From NCBI GenBank assembly GCA_030390025.1, contig CM059434.1, forward strand, positions 111,166,001 through 111,230,000: a DNA stretch of 64,000 nt, read 5' to 3'. Position numbers and translations under genes: made by a program. The stretch comes from Squalus acanthias. Lineage: Eukaryota. Shown here in pieces: positions 35,931 through 48,405 of this stretch (position 1 is the stretch's first letter; each line of letters opens with the position of its first letter). The notes below the pieces were generated by a model. The model was not told the origin of the DNA. It ran no database searches and saw only the letters and a list, made by a program, of their open reading frames with translations.

Positions 35931-37895
35931 ATGTACACCAACACAGAAAATGAGCAAAAGCTAACAAACAACTTCAAAAAAGCTGACAGAGCCCCCCCAA
36001 AAGGCTGACAACTCAAAGTGCCCCTGATTATGTCTACAACATGAAAACAAGTAATTGACACTGAATGTGCAATTCAACAAGTTGTAAATTCTGCTGTAAG
36101 TATCCCAACATTCCTTCACTTATATTGGTTGGTAAAAAACCATAAGTACATAAAAGTTTAAAGGGAGAAGAGGTGAAGCTTTATTTTCTAGGGTGGTCTG
36201 AGGGCATGCCCTCCCAGAAAACTTTGATTTTTGACACTTTGGTGCATTTTTCAAGTATTTTGGAATGTATAACGAACTTGGGCTTTGCATTTTTTATATT
36301 GAAAAAGGAAAGGACTTTTGTTCAGCTTTATTGAAAACTATTTTCTAGTTGCCATTTTTGAGAATTAATTATTTTTCTTTCTTTATTTATAAAACGTCTT
36401 TCTCCCATGGGCTCAGTCTAGTCAGAGCAGCAAATTTAGAACTGTTCACAATCATACCAAATGATGTCCCCCCCCTTCCCAACCAGCTGGTGCTGCAATT
36501 CCAGGAGGGTCTGGGCAATGCTTCCCTGGAAAATTTAGAATTTTTGCATTAAAAAATGGGACATTTCAGCAAATTTAAAACATTTTTATATCTCACAATT
36601 GATAGATATTTGGTCTAAAAGGAGGAAAAAATAAGTGACATTTGGGTTTTCAACACATCAATCAGACAAATGCTACCTCAACAGTTACTCTCCCACTTTT
36701 AAAGTACACCTCCTCAGTTCAGAGGCACCCTATCCCCTCCAGACCCAGCTGACGGGCACTGTACCCCATCCAATAGCCTCATCCAGTTCAGAGACATTCT
36801 TCATCTCCCCACTCCTGCAACCCCCACCCAAAGTTCAAGCTGGTATCCTTCGCCCCCAATTTAAGCTGTCACTATTTTCCCTTTCTAAATCCTCCACCAG
36901 TCATGCTGCACTTTCCTTTTTTGCCTCCTCCTAGTTAACGCTGGCAGTCTTCTTTCTTCCTAACCCCAATGTCCACCGCAAAGCATGATCTTCAGCTTCT
37001 CCTCTTTTTAAAGCAACATTCCTTGTTTCTTTCCTTCCTCTTGCCTCCTCCCTCCCTAATGGGCTACTCTTGGTCTCTTGTATCACTCCCCCAAAATGCT
37101 GTTCCCAGCTTCTCCCCCCTCTAAAGTACTGTCTCTTGCTTCGCCCCTCTCTCAGTCCCAAAGAACACTCCTCATACCTCCTGCTATGTGATTGATATTG
37201 CTGCACATGGTGGGTGGAAATTTATGATCTGGTGAACATTTCTACCCACAGTGTGCAGTGACGTCAATCACTTAGAACAGGAGTGCCGGGTGATAGGAGC
37301 TCGGGTGTGGTGCATAGGCAAGATTCTGGTCCCTGCTGATTTTCGGTCATAAACAAGGACACACAAAACAGTGCCTCCAAAATGCTGAATGTCTGTATCA
37401 GGGCAGATGGTTCGCATTAATGTTGTTACACCATCAGATACCAAGCCAGTATTTCCATTGTAACATTATCAGACACTGCTGATATTTATAAACAAACGCA
37501 GTCCTGATCATGTCCTTGCCCAAAATCCGTACAAGTGCACTTTCCAGCAGTGATTATTTGTTGGGGGGTGGGGAGGGGGATGAATTTCCTCTGTGGGTGT
37601 ATGCATAACAAAATTGTACAACTGTTCTTTTTTAAATCATGTTACGATTTTGTTACATGCAGCAGAGAGAGAAAATCCTCCACCTGGAGAGTGATCAAAA
37701 GCTGTAAAATGGACCTTTCATCCTACGATTTGTACATTTTCTAAATTCTATCCTCGCAGAGGTGTGCCCGAGGGGTTAACAACAGTACCATTTACATAAT
37801 CTGCTTATTGAATGTAATGTCGTGTCTCACTACCCTTCTTATAAATGTATATCACACAAATGAAAGGTTTACAGACTAAAGTAACCAATATCTTT

Positions 37896-38019
37896 AGAGT
37901 CAGAGTTATACAGCACAGAAAGAGGCCCTTCGGCCCATCGTGTCTGCGCCGGCCATCAAGCCCTATCTATTCTAATCCCATTTTCCAGCACTTGGTCCGT
38001 AGCCTTGTATGCTATGGCG
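37896..38019 (-). mobile_element. CR1 LINE (or CR1-tailed SINE) 3' end
   Basis: TACAGCACAGAAAGAGGCCCTTCGGCCCATCG...CTAATCCCATTTTCCAGCACTTGGTCCGTAGCC. Confidence 0.8.
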
Positions 38020-41000
38020 TTAATTAGAACTAAAAAGTAATATGAAGCACAAAAATCAGCAAATACTATTGGAGCTACAGAACAGCGGAGGCACAAGATA
38101 CTATATTCCTCTTCCATTTCAGTTTAAAAAAAAACTCAGGCATAAGCAGTAAATAGTGCCTAATGATGCAACTTTACATCGTGATGCAAGCACGTTAATG
38201 CACCAAACTGGCTCAATGTGTTTAGAAGGCCAAGGGCAGAAGTTGCAGTGCTGGCTGCAGATCAGGAGGCCCAGCAAAAAGTGGATTTCAGTTGCCAGCA
38301 ACTGAAAAGGAGTAAGTTTCCATTTCATGGACTGCCATTGATTGCGTGGGATCTGCACATCAGGAGTCAGCAGCACTACATTAATGTAAGAGTGCCTCCA
38401 TTTGGAATAAGCAACACATTTCAGAAGAACTGTTATCCTGTTTCAAACTCCTGCTTTTAACTTCTCAAGTGTCAAAACCAACACTTCTGTTAAATCCTGT
38501 AATGTAGAGATTCTCAGAGAAACTCAAAAATACTTCATATGCACAAGCAATTAACAAGAAAACAGGCGTTACAATTTGTGTCCTGGAAAATATGAGCCTA
38601 CAGTCGATCATACAAAACATTATAATGGAATAAAACAAGTGCTTTACCATCAAAGGAACAATGCTATTAATTAAATCAAGGAAATGGATCACTTTCATCT
38701 TTTTAAGTAAACAAAACAAGCCACTAGGGCAAGAGACTGGAGAGCACCTGCAGAAATGTGCAGGATTGACCCCTTCGAGAGAGGAGAGGAGAAAATGGGT
38801 GAAGGGCAGAGCACCAGTATTACTACTCGCTCATAATACTTTCATTTGCTCTGAGCGTTTATTATTAGTAATCTGAAGTGAATATAAAGCATAAATCCCT
38901 TGTTAACTGATATATTTTCCAGACAAAACACTAATGTTAAAATGTCTTGAGCCAACAAAATTCAAGGAGACAACATTATTGAGGAAAATCTGAATATATT
39001 GATGTGTTATGTATCTTTACATGTGACAATTGGTTGTGTTTTAAGTTCAATTACTTGCACTGAACCCCAAAGACTGTAAACTATCAGAACCTTCAAGCAG
39101 ATCTGACTCACATTGTTCCTAAATGCAACAGCAGTTTAAAAGTGTACTAATTAGCAGTGCATGATACACACATTATCTGGGTGAATTCTGCATGATAAGT
39201 CCTTTTTAAATATACATGCTGGTTGTTGACTTGCAAAATAATGTATTAGTTCAAAGGGTATTTGATACAAACTACAAGGCAGAGAAGCGCCCATTAAAAA
39301 CACACCAACTGTTATAATGAGGGCATGGAGAGCTAGGCCTTGATAGATAACCATCTGTTTGGTTTGAGGCATGAATCTCTTGTGGGAATCACAAAAATGA
39401 TTCAGATACACCTCCCCCCACACCGTCATCACCAGCCCCCACATTATCACCACCACTATCTAAAAATGTCTCAAAAGTAATCCTGAACAAACCTAGTTTC
39501 TACAGAAACAGTGAACCCGGTCAGGAAATATTAGTCAAATGCAGTGTTACAATTAAGAGTCAGGAAAAGACAAATTTACCTCAAATGCCTGGTTCTGAGA
39601 GTGAATTACCAATTTCATTTATGCAATAGTGCATAACATGAATCAGTTTGGTTTCATTATTTTGGTGTAAAACTTTTGAAGAATATATTAATGCTACAGA
39701 TCTTATGCACACAAAAAAATGTAGATCAGATTCCTGCCACAAAGCCATGCCTCAAGTCCAAAACATTATTGCCGAAACATTCATTCCAAAAAATATTGAG
39801 AATATGTTCATGTTTCGGAAAAATCTGGAAGATAAATTAAAACTTTAAAAAAAACGATATGATAAATATAACTCAATTATTAAGTTTTCAAGTGGTGAAT
39901 ATCCTCAATTTCAATAGTTGACTCTTGTACCTGCAAAAATTATTTTATCGTTACATAAGTTGTTAGTAGTAAATATTTACTTAAATCGGAGGATGTGTAG
40001 AGAGCCAGTGAGAAATTCTTTTAAAAGCAGAATTTTCAAGAAGGAAAAAAGTGTTTTATGTATTTTGGTGTCAAATTCTCCAATAGTTTTCAAAGTGTTG
40101 TTTTAAAGTGACAGTGCTGCATACATTAACATTTAACAATCTGTCAAGAGTATCCTCATATCATCTGTTTGACAAATACTTTCAGCATAAACCAAAAACT
40201 CAAAGGATTAATAATTAAAAGATGGAGTTAAATAAATGAACATATCTTTGCAGGTAAAATCAACTGTGCCATTACTCTCAACAGGATTTTGGGTTTTACA
40301 AACCTCCTGCCCTTATTTTAAATTTCTGATTTAAGATTGACTGAGAAGTGGCATCCAAACTGAATCAAACCAGTTCATTATACTATGGAAGGCTACAGGG
40401 ATAAAACATTTTCAGAAATATTAGGTCACTTAAACAATTTGGATGGTGTACATCAACAGTAGCTAATATTCAACATGGTACAGACCACATGAGGTATCCA
40501 GACTCTGTTCATACATGATCTGTAGCCATCCATAGTTCATTTTATCAGTTGTGGGTTTGCTCATCCCTAACTTTCAGATCTATCTCTCTGCAATTACATT
40601 ATTGGTGGTGCTGGTTATAAGTTATTACATTTCATTCATTTCTACAATGCCTTTATAGTGCATTTAAATTGTGCAGTGTGTGGTTATTTGAATTAACTAC
40701 ACATTTTTTACATTCTGATCTGTGGAAGAGTGGCCACTAATGCTGACAGGATCTCACACTCTAAGAATGTAATTTCTAATGCCCTGCACTATCTCCCCCA
40801 GGTTTTGTCCTTGAACATTGGTAGTTGTTAGTCAGTGTAAAGGAAAGACATTATATAGTGCCTTATTTACTGGTCGTTACAGCTGATTTGAGTGAAGCAG
40901 GCTAGTGGTATATGTCAGTCATAGTTACTTACAGTTCTAAATTCTGCTAGTTAAAAAAGAACACTAGGATTCTTCTATGTGTAACGATTTGAGTTGGACT

Positions 41001-43810
41001 TTGACTAATTAAGGACTTTTGAGTATAATTATTCCTGTAATATTCATGTTCTTGTACTTAGTTGTTGCTTCTGGCTTTAATCAGCTCTCTATCCTCAATT
41101 CCAGCATAGAACAGATGGAGATTACTTTATCACCATTATATATACACAAGACAATGTTCTCACTGGAATAAAGTGCATGTGTAGCACCAGTTCTATAAAC
41201 AATACAACTAATTGTGTACATCACACAGGCTTGTAGTCTTTAATTGCTGATATTATTCTGCAAATATCCCAGGCAGCACGTCATACTCTTAATTCTGAAT
41301 TTACAACTTCTGCAGCTTCAGAAGTTTTCTCTTCTCCGGTGCACTTCTGGCCCAAAATAAATAGCCTCCAATATTCAAGAACATTTGTATTAACAGACTT
41401 AGAGCTGTAATTCATTATAGCTGAAATTTTTGTCTGATTCCATCTCTGTGATGCACCTTGGGATGTTTTTCGACGTTAAAGGCGCTAAATAAATGCAAAT
41501 TGTTGTTGAAATATACCACTAACCTGTTTTACCCAATCAGTTGTAAGTAAGCAAAACACTAACATCTTTCCTTTATACTGACTACCAACTACCTCAATGT
41601 CATTTCAAAGATAAATACATATAATGCATGGGTGTCAAAAGATGTTGGCAGATTAACAGAGTAAATTATACATTAAATTATAGAAGGATCAAGCTTGATG
41701 GACTTAATGCCCTTTTTGTGTGGTCTCATTTTCAAGGATTTGGGAAGTTCAGGAAATCAAATGGACAATGAGCATATTGATGCAGCCCAGATGTTATGCT
41801 TTCCTATGCTCAGTAGAAACATATTAAAAAAAAATCTCATTACCTATAATAAAACCAAATCACAGTCATTTTGTAGCTAATCAACACTGGACCTTCTCGG
41901 GAGATTTAGCCTACCACATGCCTGGGATATTTTTCATTCCTTTTAATGGAAGTAATAGATTCATGTAAATCTGTCATTCCGCACTGCAGTGTTAGTAACA
42001 TGCAAACAAATGTTGTAATTGAACATTGAGCTGTGACTAATATTAGCTGTGAATGCCTGTGACTTTTCTGGAATCAACACTCACAGTTCAGTACTTGGAT
42101 AGCCAAATAGACATCTTTGAAGTGCACACTTAATTAAAAGGGGGCTGTCAGCTCTGATTGATTTTAGTGCAGGAATGAATTGTGGTTCCAGGGCGCATTT
42201 GCTCTCTATCCTGAAGACTGATTGGGATATACAGCTACCATATAATTACTGAAATACTAATGCACACAACCAAATTCAATCATCTATGAAATGGGACTGA
42301 TTTTAAAGAGTGTATATGTACCATTCATTTTCTGAAGAGTCTGATGATACCTAATAAAAAAAAGCAGGTTGAGTAATATATGTTAGTGGCTGGGATTTTT
42401 TTTTAGGTCACAGATTAAAGATCCATGGCAATTATGATGCTTTCACACAGTGCAGGAATAGGAATCCTGCATCACTGTTGTACCACATACAGAGACTACA
42501 TGCCAAATTGTTTCAAGTGTCACACTTGCATAGTCCGTAACGCTAATTTTTTTAATGAAACAACTACCCTTACTTGCACAGAAATTACATGACTAGCTGT
42601 CTTTACGTATTCATTCACAGTTACCCTAGCCCATGGCTAGTAAATATCTAGCTGAGAGAATGAAGTTCGCAGCACGAGAGTAATGCTCCCTGGGGCAATG
42701 TGTTTTCAAACATATTAATTATGAAAATGAGGAACTGTAAATAAACAATCACTGGCTTTCAGATGGGAATCTTCTGGCAGCCAGTAATTTTTATTTGCAA
42801 TTTTTCTTTTCCTTGTCCTCTCACTGGTCCCCAAGATGTAATCAACATTAAATCTAATTTCCTATTTTAAAGGTGTATGCATTTAATTGACTATCGTGTG
42901 TCATGACTGGAATTGCTGCCCTCCCCCTCCCATACATTATGAAGTGGGGTGCGGGGAGGGCATGTCACAGTCGGATTTAAACGGTTTCAACTGAGCAATG
43001 TAATGGCTTTCGGTGAGCATGTGTCTTAGGGACACCTTTCATCACTGCAACGTGAGGAAGAAATTTCATTTTCGCAGTCAGTATTTGGAATGATAGCACA
43101 ATGTGACGGACAGAGCAAAAATTACAAGTCAAATACTTTTAAAACAAGCATCAAAACACCCACAAAGCAAAAAAAAGTTTTAAAATATTGCACTCTTGTT
43201 ATTTGACAATGGAGGGAAAAAAAATCAACATTCCACTCTACTATCATGAACAGATTTGAATAGCTTAATCTTTCCAACGGGTTTTCTTGTGGAAGGTTTT
43301 TTTTTAAAGTATTCCTCCCACTTTCCCTTCTGCAGTCTCCCTACACTGTGTACCATCAGGAAAGGGCCATGCCAGAGCAGGTCAGGGTGATTCATCCTCC
43401 CCACACTCCCCCACCCCACCCCATTAGGAAGTTCTCTGTCTTTACTGTGTCATTTCCAAGATCAATAACCCTCTCCATGGGAGGTCATGTTCCTCACTGG
43501 TGTTTTATATCTATTCTTCTACCACAGGAATGGGAAATTTCAAAATCAATTTGCATAATTTATATTTATGAAATAAATGTGAAAATATTTAAGGTAGATG
43601 CTTGGAACTATAAATAACATAAATGAGTGTACCTCACATCCATGTTACTTTTTCTAGTCAGAAAAGTGGAACAATGCAGATTATGAATAGCTCAACAAAC
43701 ATGGCCAATGTCTCTGGTTGATTGATACTTGGAGGTAAAACGGAGTGCTCCTTTCCCTTTCATATATACACAGCTGAGTCTGGTGACACCCTCTAATGAA
43801 GAACCCAGAG

Positions 43811-44282
43811 AGGGTATGGTAGCATAGTGCTTATGTTACTGGACTAGTAATCCAGAGTCCTGGACTAATAATCCGGAGATGCGAGTTCAAATCTCACGGC
43901 AGCTGGGGAACTTAAATTCAGTTAATTAAATAAATCTAGAATAAAAAGCTAGTATCAGTAATGGGGTCCATGAAACTACCAGATTGTCATAAAAACCCAT
44001 CTGGTTCACTAATGGGAAGGAAATCTGCCTTACTTACCTGGTTGACATATGACTCCAGACCCACAGCAATGTGGTTGACTCTTAACTACCCTCACAAATG
44101 GTCTAGCAAGCCACTCAGTTGTACCAAACTGCCACAAAGAAGTACAACAGCACTGTGGGAGTACCTTCACCACACGGACTGCAGCGGTTCAAGAAGGTGG
44201 CTCACCACCACCTTCTCAAGGGCAACTAGGGATGGGCAATAAATGTTGGCCTTGCCAGCGACACCCACATCCCATGAATGTA
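43811..44282 (+). mobile_element. tRNA-derived SINE with LINE-derived 3' tail
   Basis: A-box-like TGGTAGCATAGTG, B box GAGTTCAAATCTC; body GGAAGGAAATCTGCC..GACTCCAGACCCACAGCAATGTGGTTGACTCTTAAC; tail GGATGGGCAATAAATG..CCCACATCCCATGAATG. Confidence 0.75.
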
Positions 44283-44616
44283 TGGGAAAAAAAAATAGCA
44301 GATGAGATTTCGCCTTCAAATCAACAGTCCCAATCTTTGGCATTGTAGCTGCTGGGCAGCATTGAGAAGAATGTGACATTACTGGTTTATTTTAAGTTGT
44401 GATACTCACTTCCATGTATGACCTGATCTGCTTAGAGGGTTTAGGGAATATGGTGTCATATGCTCAATACCACATAATATTAAAAGATGACTTCTACAAA
44501 GAACTTGCCATTGTGCAGTAGGTTGTATTGATGACCTGAGGTGTTGTTCTTCAGTAAAGCAGCCTGTTCTTTATTATAGCTTAGTGCTCTCTCGTGCAAA
44601 AGAAATGATCAATTAC

Positions 44617-44634
44617 TCTCTCTCTCTCTCTCTC
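44617..44634. repeat. (CT)n microsatellite
   Basis: ctctctctctctctctct. Confidence 0.9.
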
Positions 44635-44816
44635 GATTATTGCGTTGGGGAAAGAATCACTGATGTTAGATTGCAGCTACAGCTATAGCACGCAAACCAT
44701 TTTCCAGCATGTTCCATGTCTTTGAATTTCCTCAATTGTTTATGCAAATTTTAATTAAAATCTATTTTTGACATTTGGTGAGAAATAATTGAAGTTTAAG
44801 GTGCCGTGAGACTTAC

Positions 44817-44927
44817 CAAGACCAAATGAGCCAGGACCACTGACACTTTGTGGGGCTTGGATGCTTGTCGATGTGTAGAGACCAGTCACCAGTAAGCCAT
44901 CAAAGTATGTGCTCGTGGAAATAGTCA
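44817..44927 (-). CDS. RELN: Reelin coding exon equivalent to human exon 2 (111 nt): (V)[36 protein letters not shown](G)
   Basis: Acceptor ctttccttttatgtatttcag (AG at 44929-44928), donor G|gtaagt (GT at 44816-44815); matches human [38 protein letters not shown]; phase 1-1. Confidence 0.97.
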
Positions 44928-45659
44928 CTGAAATACATAAAAGGAAAGTAGGTTTGATCAATTAATGATTTTGAGACCAGACGAGGCACATACAATACAA
45001 AGCATAAGGAGCATATTTTTGGGATGCACTGGTATCCTCTACGCCAAATGCAGGCACAATAGTTAACAAATATAACAGTTGATTGTGTGTTCAACCCAAT
45101 AAGATGACAAGACAAATATGATTAACATCATGGGTTGTAACATCTTCTCTCATTGACTGTGTGCTGAACCATTGTTACCAGATTAGCAACACCGCAGTCA
45201 GTGATGGTAACCACGCCACCCTTCAGCATATTATGTAGAGAATACTATAATGAACAAAGAGATGTGGAAAAGATAAATTACTGCCACTTTATAAATGCTG
45301 ATGCTCATTTTAACAAAATCTACAACAGAAATCCTGTGAATAATTGTACTGAAGAACATTTTAGTTGAAATTAAGCGTGAAATGTTCATTAGATAGTACA
45401 ATTTTTATTAAGAATAAATTAAAATCCACATTAAAAAGTGACCATGGGCAAGACCAAAATAGGCTGATTAAAACAGTACCTGCTTGATCAACTATGTCGT
45501 GTTTGCAGAGCGCGTTTTGTTACTTAACCAAGATCAGTTACATCATTCTATTGATGCTTCTTCGTTGTGTTAGTCTGTTTTTATTTTTTTCCTCCTTTCC
45601 CCCCTTTTTCTGATCCGAGCAATATGTTTTCTGTCTTTTTCTTTTAATGATAATATTTT

Positions 45660-45785
45660 TTTCAGTTCTAAGGGTACGGATCTGAAATGTCGGCTTCGTT
45701 CCACAAATGCTAATTGATTTATTCAGCGTTTCTTGCTTTTACTGTTTTGGTTTCAGATTCCTAGCATTTGCAAAAGTTGCTTTTC
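45660..45785 (+). mobile_element. Highly decayed Penelope-like pLTR fragment
   Basis: CAGTTCTAAGGGTACGGATCTGAAATGT...CCACAAATGCT...TTTCAGATTCCTAGCATTTGCA parallels the right arm of 7881-8098. Confidence 0.45.
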
Positions 45786-45982
45786 TAATTCTTGAGCAGG
45801 TGTCCACACAGCATGTGGGTTTCTGGGGCTGGGAGGAGCAGTCATGGTGGCAAACCTAGTAAAGAGTGCATGGTTTTTGTGAACGAGCCATAGGGCTCAC
45901 GTGAGGGAACTAACCGGGGAGGGAGGTGGGTCGTGTTTCTGCATTTTTGTTTAAAAAAAACTAATTTTTCCACAGAAAGGAC

Positions 45983-47110
45983 CCTTGTATTTAAATTCCT
46001 CCATGGCCTCATCCCTCCCTATGACTCTAACCTTCTCCAGGGCTACAACCTCCCCTTCTCCCAAACTTCCTTGGCTTTGACTCCAGCCTCACGTGCATTC
46101 CCCATCCCTTCAGCCCATTTGTGGCTGTGCCTTCAAGCATTCCCTCCCTAAACCCCTCAACCTCCCTCTTCTCCTTTAAGACCATCCTTAAAACCTCTTT
46201 GACCAAGCTTCCTAAACTCTCTTTCTTTGGATAGGTGCTTGTTTTTCTTCATGCCTCTGTGAAGCATCTTGGGGTTTTTTTTATGTTAAAGGCACTGTAT
46301 AAATGCAAGTTGTTATTGACTGTGAAAGACTGCAGCGGGACATAGCAGGATGGGCAGATAAGTGGCTGATGCAGTTCAATATCGACAATTTAATACATTT
46401 TGGAAATAACAGGGGAAGGAAGTACATCTTAAGTGGCAATATTTTAAAAGTAGAGGAGCAGAAGGACTTAGGTGTACAGATACAAATGTCATTAAAGGTA
46501 GCAACAAAATTAGATAATGCCATAAAAAAGCAAAATCCTTGATTTTGTATCTGGATGCATACAATATAAAGGCAAGGAGGCAATGTTGAACTTGGCTGAA
46601 CTTTACACTCTGTAAACTTAGACTCATCCAAAACTTCCCATATCCTATCCCGCACCAACTCCCATTCGCCTATCACCCTTGTCCTTGCTGATGTATAGTT
46701 GACTCTTTGTCCCCCAGCACCTCAAATTTAAAATTCTCATCCACGTTTAAATCCCCTCATAGCTCACCCCTCCCTAACTCTGTAACCGCTACCAGTCCTA
46801 TAACACTCCCCCAGCACCTCCCCCCCCCCACCAACCTCATGCTCCTTTGACCTCTTGTGCCCACCCCTCCTCGCCTCACCCCACCATTGGCAGCCGTGCC
46901 TTAAGCTGCCTAGGCACCATGGTCAGGAATTTCCTCCCTAAACCCCTCCATATCTTGCTCTCCTCCTTTAAAACCTACCTCTTTGACCAAGCTTTTTGGT
47001 CACTCCTCCCAATAACTCCTCCTTTGCTTGGCATCCATTTTTTGATTATGCCTCTATAAAGTACTCTGGGATATCTTTCTATGTTTAAGGTGCTATATAA
47101 AAGTTGTTAT
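45983..47110 (+). mobile_element. Two L2 3' fragments (45983-46317, 46612-47110) with a CR1 RT fragment (46318-46600) between them
   Basis: L2 tails ending TATAAATGCAAGTTGTT and GCTATATAAAAGTTGTT; CR1 peptide CERLQRDIAGWADKWLMQFN...EEQKDLGV. Confidence 0.75.
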
Positions 47111-47117
47111 TTGCTGT

Positions 47118-47550
47118 CAGTGGCGAAGGCAGGATTTTTAGTTCGAGGGGTGTTTGGGTATGAGCTGGCAGACCAATAGGTCTATTTTTCCAATTAGGAA
47201 TTTCACAACAAGGTTCAAATAGGCACATTATTACTTCTAACAATACAAATAAAGCAAATCAAAAGACAGTCTTGTTGGACAAAACTCTAAAGCACAAAGT
47301 CCAAATGCTGGTTACATATCACTAGTCTATCAATAACATTGCTAATACTCAGTGCAATATCCTAGTGAACATTTAGAAGCACAAGTCCAGCTAACTGGTC
47401 AAATTGTGGAACTGATTAGCTCGAGAAGAGCATCCGTTATTTCTGTGTTCAATCAAATAATCTGGGGCATGTTCTTTCAAAAGAAGTAGTGGTCCTAGAG
47501 ATTTGAGGGGTGCCTGAACACCCTGAACACGCCCCATACCTACACCCATG
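47118..47550. mobile_element. Non-autonomous hAT-like DNA transposon
   Basis: Ends CAGTGGCGAAGG / CCTACACCCATG; flanking 8-mers TTTGCTGT and ATTGTTGT (6/8) fit a decayed 8-bp TSD. Confidence 0.55.
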
Positions 47551-47569
47551 ATTGTTGTGGTAGTTGCAG

Positions 47570-48023
47570 ATATACTGGGATGTTATCGGGGATGAGGGGC
47601 TATAATTATGAGATTGACTTGAGAAGTTAGGTCCTTTTTTTCCACTAAAGGTGAGAAGGTTAAGGAATGGCCTGATAGAGGTACTCCAGATTACGAAGGG
47701 TTACAGTAAAGTAAATAATGATAGATTGTTTCCATTGGTTGACAAGACGTTAAAGAGATGGCATAAATCTAAGAAAATTCCAAAAATAATTAAAGGTAAA
47801 GTTAGAAAACATTTATTTACACAAAAGATGGTTAAAATGTGGAACTGTCTTCCACAAATCGAGTTCACAAAAGCAAATTCGATAGTTGCTTGAAAAAACA
47901 AAACATTAAAAGGTATGGGGAGGGAGCAGGAGAGTGGGATTAGACTAGGTGGCTCAAGTGGAGAAAAACACCAGTGCAGACTTGATGGATCAAATGGCCT
48001 GTTACCATTTTGTAATATTCTAT
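47570..48023 (+). mobile_element. CR1 LINE 3' fragment
   Basis: RRLRNGLIEVLQITKG...RLFPLV...HLFTQKMVKMWNCLP; 3' UTR ATGGCCTGTT..GTAATATTCTAT. Confidence 0.8.
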
Positions 48024-48145
48024 GGGGTAGATCTTGACTTTGTGTGATTGAGATCAATAGAAATAAAAATCGGGAGAGATGTAAAACGGGCTGCTGACTT
48101 GCTTTCACCCGTTTTACACTGTTGCGCGAAGTCAGGATCTACCCC
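48024..48145. mobile_element. 122-bp MITE with 3-bp TSD (PIF/Harbinger-like)
   Basis: TIR GGGGTAGATCTTGACTT / AAGTCAGGATCTACCCC (1 mismatch), TAT on both flanks; inner hairpin TGTAAAACGGG / CCCGTTTTACA. Confidence 0.85.
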
Positions 48146-48146
48146 T

Positions 48147-48405
48147 ATAGAATCACAGCACAAAAGGAGACCATTCGGCCCATCGAGTCTGCGCCAGCTC
48201 TTTCGAAGAGCAATCCAGTTAGTCCCACGCCCCCGCTATTTCACCATATCCCTGCAATTTTTTCTCCTTCAAGTATTTATCCAATTCCCTTTTGAAGGCT
48301 ACTATTGAATCTGTATCCACCACCCGATCAGGCAGTGCATTCCAAATCCTAACCACTTGTTGCGTAAAAAAGTTTTTCCCCATGTCGCCTCTGGTTCTTT
48401 TGCCA
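48147..48405 (-). mobile_element. CR1 LINE 3' fragment
   Basis: ATAGAATCACAGCACAAAAGGAGACCATTCGGCCCATCGAGTC...; same subfamily as 51883-52506. Confidence 0.85.

Noticed and set aside
44031-44041. U1 snRNA 5' end (TACTTACCTGG)
   Set aside because: Only 11 nt match; the rest is SINE body, not U1
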